NCBI GenBank assembly: GCA_003990765.1
Contig: RBNJ01000141.1
Location: 1-39,453 of the forward strand
Length of the DNA stretch: 39,453 nt
DNA from: Jimgerdemannia flammicorona
Lineage: Eukaryota
Direction of reading: 5' to 3'
Positions 34,750 to 39,453 of this stretch are shown in pieces. Numbering within the stretch: the stretch's first letter is position 1; every line of letters starts with the position of its first letter. Below the pieces are notes generated by a model. The model was not told where the DNA came from. It searched no databases and saw only the letters and a program-made list of their open reading frames with translations. Position numbers and translations under genes: made by a program.

Positions 34750-35469
34750 ATGTTCCACCGCTTTTTCGCCTTCATCGCACGGGTTATGTCCCCTAATGCT
34801 GTGCTCAACCTTTTCGCCTTGGCATGCATGTCCCGCCCCCCCGAAGTCACTCGCATCATCAGCGAGTACCCTACACCACAAAGAATTGACCTTTACCCCG
34901 GTTTCGGCGAATCCTTCGTGCATCTCACACCCGACCATATACAAGGATTCGAAATCGACATGAACGACCTGACCTACGTCGTTCATCTCGAAACGGGCGA
35001 CCAAATCCCGATCCCCTCCATTGGCGTAGGTGTCATGCTCCCAGCAGGTGGCACTTTTGTCCTCAAGCAGACGCCGCTCCCACAAAGCACTCGTTCCCGC
35101 CTCGTCTGGACCTTGCTCCTGCTGTCCTTCCTGGCCTTTGCCCTCCTCGCCAACAACGCAACGGAATTTTCGGCGGATTGGAACGGTGATACGTTAGGAC
35201 AAACCCTTGGCGAGCGTCTCCGTCTGGGAACTGCACTTGCGCTGACAGTCCTACTCCATTTCTTCTATCGGAGAAAGGTGCGCTGTCTGCGACGCCGGTG
35301 GACGAGGAAGATTATCGTGTGGGTGTGTTATGCTTTGCACGCAGCCATGGTGATCTACTATGCGATCGCTATTTTTTGGATTGAAGTGTTGATGCCTCCC
35401 ATCATTGTTAAAAATATTTCATTGATATACCCTATGCTTGCAATCTTGATTAGTATTTGGGTAGATTAG
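34750..35469 (+). CDS. Intronless hypothetical membrane protein: small soluble N-terminal domain plus ~4 predicted TM segments
   Basis: 239-codon ORF, C-ending codon bias, upstream TATA, hydrophobic stretches (LVWTLLLLSFLAFALL, LGTALALTVLLHFFY, IIVWVCYALHAAMVIYYAIAIFWI, ISLIYPMLAILISIW); true start could be a later ATG. Confidence 0.7.
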   Translation: MFHRFFAFIARVMSPNAVLNLFALACMSRPPEVTRIISEYPTPQRIDLYPGFGESFVHLTPDHIQGFEIDMNDLTYVVHLETGDQIPIPSIGVGVMLPAGGTFVLKQTPLPQSTRSRLVWTLLLLSFLAFALLANNATEFSADWNGDTLGQTLGERLRLGTALALTVLLHFFYRRKVRCLRRRWTRKIIVWVCYALHAAMVIYYAIAIFWIEVLMPPIIVKNISLIYPMLAILISIWVD

Positions 35470-35527
35470 GCCCCTCACATTGACGACAGCTTAGAGCATT
35501 TTTTTTTTTTTTTTTTTTATCGTGGGA

Positions 35528-35613
35528 GGGAGTTGAGCGCCGAGCGATCTTTTATGACAGTCTTTTATTCTTTTGTGAAGGGGAGTCGAGCGCCGAGTGT
35601 TATCTATGACAGT
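35528..35613 (+). repeat. ~34-bp imperfect direct repeat in the putative 3' UTR
   Basis: gggagt(t/c)gagcgccgag..tatgacagt at 35528 and 35581. Confidence 0.8.
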
Positions 35614-36235
35614 ATATGCACATGAACAACAATAAATTCAATATGCCATTTAACACAAATTATTTTCGCCGTGGGGGTACGTAGGGGTTGAAAGAGTACG
35701 GCTGAACTGTTTATAAAACGGCTGTGAAATGGCGTCACTCAAATGACGTAGACCAAAAAACGTGCCCATGGGACACGTGCGCGATCACGGAGGCCTAGAT
35801 CGCCGATCGTGACGTTGCCAAATCGTAAACATGAATTGCTATACAAGACACACGTTCAGTTTCAACGCGAAAATGTCGTCAAATGGTCTGTTCATGGGGT
35901 TTGAGATATTGCAGGTGTAATGTCTGCAAATTTTTACGTCAAAATTCGCGGTGTCGGTATTCGAGACAGAAATTTTGCGGTTTGTGATTCTTGAAGATTT
36001 CTAATATCACCGGATCAAACGGGTGGTGGTAAGCGTAGATGTCCCGAAGGGTTCTGTCTTCTTGAACAAGGGGTACGCGTTAACAATGTCCCATTTTAGT
36101 ATATAAATGTGCGGGGAATCAACGTGCGGCTTCAGCGAACATCAAGCATTGTCCATGTGCCGTCCAAATTCTGGCATATGCTCTCTGTGAAAACAACTTG
36201 CAGGTGAGATAGGCTGCACGAACACAATTCGGAGA

Positions 36236-36550
36236 ATGGAAGTCGACGATATGCTTGAGTTCGAGGGGGTAGCCAAGTTGGTCTCATATGATGTCACCAA
36301 GGACGCAAAGCCACCCATGACGCAACCTCCTAAATACATGCTTTATCACTCATTGAAATGGGGCATAGCTTGAAAAACGAACACCACCACACGATAATGG
36401 CTCATGCCGTTCGATGTATCATTGTTGGCTACATCCTCCTTCCTTTTCCTCTCTTAATACCAAAAACGATTGGAGGTGAATTTGGAGAAGTTGGTCGAGG
36501 AGATGAAATTATGTTACCAGAGATCGTGCTGCAAGGTATATACGTGATTC
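36236..36550 (+). pseudogene. Possible decayed small gene
   Basis: TATATAAA at 36100; frame MEVDDMLEFEGVAKLVSYDV..KRLEVNLEKLVEEMKLCY broken by stops. Confidence 0.3.
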
Positions 36551-36805
36551 GGGGACAATGATGAAACACAGTGATGATGAATATGGATGCCGTGGCCAGC
36601 ATGGGTCAATTGCCGCGTATATAGACTGTTATTTGGAGATAAATTAATCTGAATAGTTGTAATTTATATACAAGTCTGTAAATATGTTAGTAAAGGCGCA
36701 AAACAAGACAAAACAACACCATCACCTCGTAAATTGCGCAGAAATATTATTACTTAAATCAGGGACAGCGGGAGATAGTAATGCGACTAAATGGTGCAGA
36801 GGCAG

Positions 36806-37563
36806 CTAGCTAGATCGTTCCGAGTTTACCATTCGTGGGTGTTCTGATTCACAGATCGCGAGCGCCCGTTTGTACTTGTCCTGGTCTTTGTAGAGCTTAG
36901 CCAGGTTGTGCCGTATTTGGGTGCTCTGATCCCAACACCTCACAGATCGCCAGCGCCCGTTCTTACAGCGGCTGCACTTCATCGCACTTGCCCTGGCTTT
37001 TGTAGAGCAAAGCCAAATTGTTCGATGCTGCCATCTTTGTGTTCTTTGACCCCAACACCCTCTCATGGATTGCCAGGGTCCTTTCATACAGTGGTTCCGC
37101 CTTTCGTAATTACACTGCTTGTCATAAAGCTACGTGTCAGACAGTTCTGTTTTGCCATTTTTTCGATCTCTACGATCCCCCGGTGAATGTCACTCATCCT
37201 GTTGTTGTTCTAAGCAGACCAATGAGACAGACCTGGAAGTCAACAGCCATCTAGTCCAGATTTTCCAGTTAAGTAACAATGTGTCGGACGTATGGAAGGT
37301 GCACCTTGTTTGCTTTTCGGACATGGGGAATAGGATACTCTATGGAGACAAGCTCTTGTTCAACGCGGTAACGATGGTTTCTAAAATCGCAAATGCTATC
37401 TGCTCCTCACCGTACAAATGTCGATGTGATCTAATTGTCGCAAATTCTCACTGCTCGTCATTACAGCAGAACGACGCCTATTAACAACCGAGCGACGGTT
37501 AATTGTCGTTCAGGGTTAATTGTCGTGAGTGTTCGACCTGTTCTGTGGTAATCTTTACAAAGG

Positions 37564-37603
<40 letters not shown>

Positions 37604-37900
37604 ATCGATTTCTGTGTGAGCTGCCATCTGGGTCAAGTCGAAATGGCGAACAGTATCATGACGGTTGGCTCGTGAAACGGATATAATGGGAATCGATTCC
37701 ATTTAAACCTGTACATTGAACTCGGAGTAAAAAATTCAGCCCGAAAGGTGCCGTATACTCGACCAAGAATGAATGCAAATCCAACATCGCAACCGCCAGG
37801 ACGCATGTGACAACGTGAGCTGTCTCAAGCTTCCAGAGCAAGTTTCGTTTTCCATCAAATCTTGCGACTCATTGGCCATTGCTTAAATGTCTTCCGAAAG
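36806..37900 (-). pseudogene. NB-ARC/TPR (NLR-like) pseudogene: TPR repeats and preceding linker
   Basis: Minus strand AEPLYERTLAIHERVLGS, NNLALLY, ERALAICE, GSEHPNTA, NLAKLYKDQDKY (kinesin-light-chain-like TPR), HLPYVRHIV; many frameshifts. Confidence 0.82.
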
Positions 37901-38199
37901 TAATGTCCAGAACGTCCGCATGAGAAGCTACTTAACTGATTACTACCAGCGATGGCTCAGTGCAGCACGTCAACAAAATTATTGATACTGTTAATTCCAG
38001 CGGACGAGCATTGTATCTCGGTCCCATTTCCACAAGCACAGCGCCTAGTGGAGCAGTGTAGTATAGTAGAACAATAGAATTTCATGTGTGAATAAAAACC
38101 TGAAAGATTTAGATAATAGAGGCGATACCATTTTTGCAACCCAGATACCATCCATCTACCATAACTGCCCTGCGAAATGCCGCCAGAAGCGCTGTTAAA

Positions 38200-39350
38200 A
38201 GGATATTCCTAGTTCCGTCAAGCCCACAAACCGATTCGTAAATCGAGAGGATATCCTCCAAGTAATGCAAGCGACCATCCATAGTAACCAATCGAAATAC
38301 ATGCAAGTCCCGGTGGTTCTCAAAGGCATTGGTGGCATATGGAAATCCGAGCTAATGTTGAATTTTGCTACCAGCATCGCGATAACTATTATTACTTCTC
38401 CTGGCTGCTTGTTACGGTGCGGAAGTTGTCGTTTAATCAAACCATCAAGCAAAATCTATTGGCGGCACGAATTCTTTATATTTGCGCCTTTCTCCAACCA
38501 GACGCAATACCAGCAATACCAGCATTCTTATTCAAACGACAGCGAGCACTGTTCTATCTACGATCGGCACACTAGTCGAGTCTTCGTTCCTACGGCGAAC
38601 TACGGCTGAGGATAACAGCAAAAATAATACCAACGATGACGGTGATAGGAACAATTTCGACCAAACTAGTATTTGCGATCTATCGTACGGTGCAAATGGT
38701 CGTTCGTGATGCGATAAAAATCGGTGAGCTTTCGAGGTGGCTAGAACGCATCGTCGTTCGTGACAATCGTCTCTTAGCTTTTTTGTTTTGACTTCACCTT
38801 TATATATTACTATACCCGCAATTCGTGTAATCATCATTAACGATGGCTCAAAATTACAACGTAGACGTATATAAGCATCCAAGTCATCATAAAACTGCAT
38901 CGCATATACAGCGGCGTACACATGTACTTTAATATGATATCAGGTAAAAGCTGTTTGACATTAGTTAATTGTATACAATTGAGTGACGGCAAGCGTGGCC
39001 CCGTAGCAGCACTAATGGAATCCAATCTCTCGGAATCATGTTGGGACGGCCAATGATCTGGGCTTACTGGTCAAGGGCGGCAGTAGTACGGATATTCATA
39101 TGTATGACACAAGCACTCAATGTATGGCACAGGTACTCAATGTACAGCACCAGTACCAGTTGTGAATGTGGTTGCGCATTTTCCCTAAAGGATCAACAGT
39201 CACTTTGTTAGCGACGAAACACAACCTTTTCGCTTTGAGCAAACAAACGTATATACAGATAAAGCTCGGATCTAAGAGAGAGAGGGCGCTGGCGAGGAGT
39301 TGTAAGCACAACAATCGCGCCTCGACGACCTGAGTCTGCAAGCGGCGTAT
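38200..39350 (+). pseudogene. NB-ARC (STAND NTPase) pseudogene with TPR remnant
   Basis: RFVNREDIL, degenerate P-loop VVLKGIGGIWKSELML, CYQHRDNYYYFSWL, ILYICAFLQPDAIP, IYRTVQMVVRD, LGS..ERALA near 39265-39295; internal deletions and frameshifts. Confidence 0.8.
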
Positions 39351-39453
39351 AGCCAGAGAATACTGAATGATCGGTACTCCAATTGCATGGCGTTTGATGG
39401 TAAGTGGTGCATCCGTTTTTTTTTTTTTTTTTTTTTTTTTTGTTTATTTTTTT

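Noticed and set aside
34729-35085. 118-aa minus-strand ORF and 104-aa ORF 34649-34963
   Set aside because: Overlap the better supported 239-aa ORF; shadow frames
37564-37602. poly(A) run, and poly(T) runs at 35499-35518 and ~39416-39441, as retroposon tails
   Set aside because: No family A body or TSD adjacent within the window; simple homopolymers (the last is at the window edge and cannot be judged)

Overview
Fungal-type eukaryotic DNA in two sharply separated compartments. Positions 1-~32337 are a CpG-depleted, TpA-rich nest of transposons riddled with C>T/G>A transitions. An old chromodomain Ty3/Gypsy element (G1, ~1735-28192) is interrupted by a full-length Gypsy element G2 (3969-14474), a full-length chromovirus G3 (16643-22751), a foldback hAT-type MITE, a 2-kb Helitron-like insert, a poly(A) retroposon and a recent unmutated 166-bp insert. 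G2's 5' LTR holds a complete PIF/Harbinger transposon (4107-7873), which itself carries a poly(A) retroposon. All three Gypsy elements encode a dUTPase, at two different polyprotein positions, and G2 has an extra ORF after integrase. Five copies of a ~1.17-kb non-autonomous poly(A) retroposon are present (13-16 bp TSDs in four of them, shared 5' end), and they appear to carry a hidden antisense ~161-codon ORF and a splice donor. Positions ~32338-39453 have normal CpG content and hold one intact membrane-protein ORF, decayed gene-like loci and two divergent NB-ARC/TPR (NLR-like) pseudogenes. All calls come from manual reading and motif recognition; no database searches were run.
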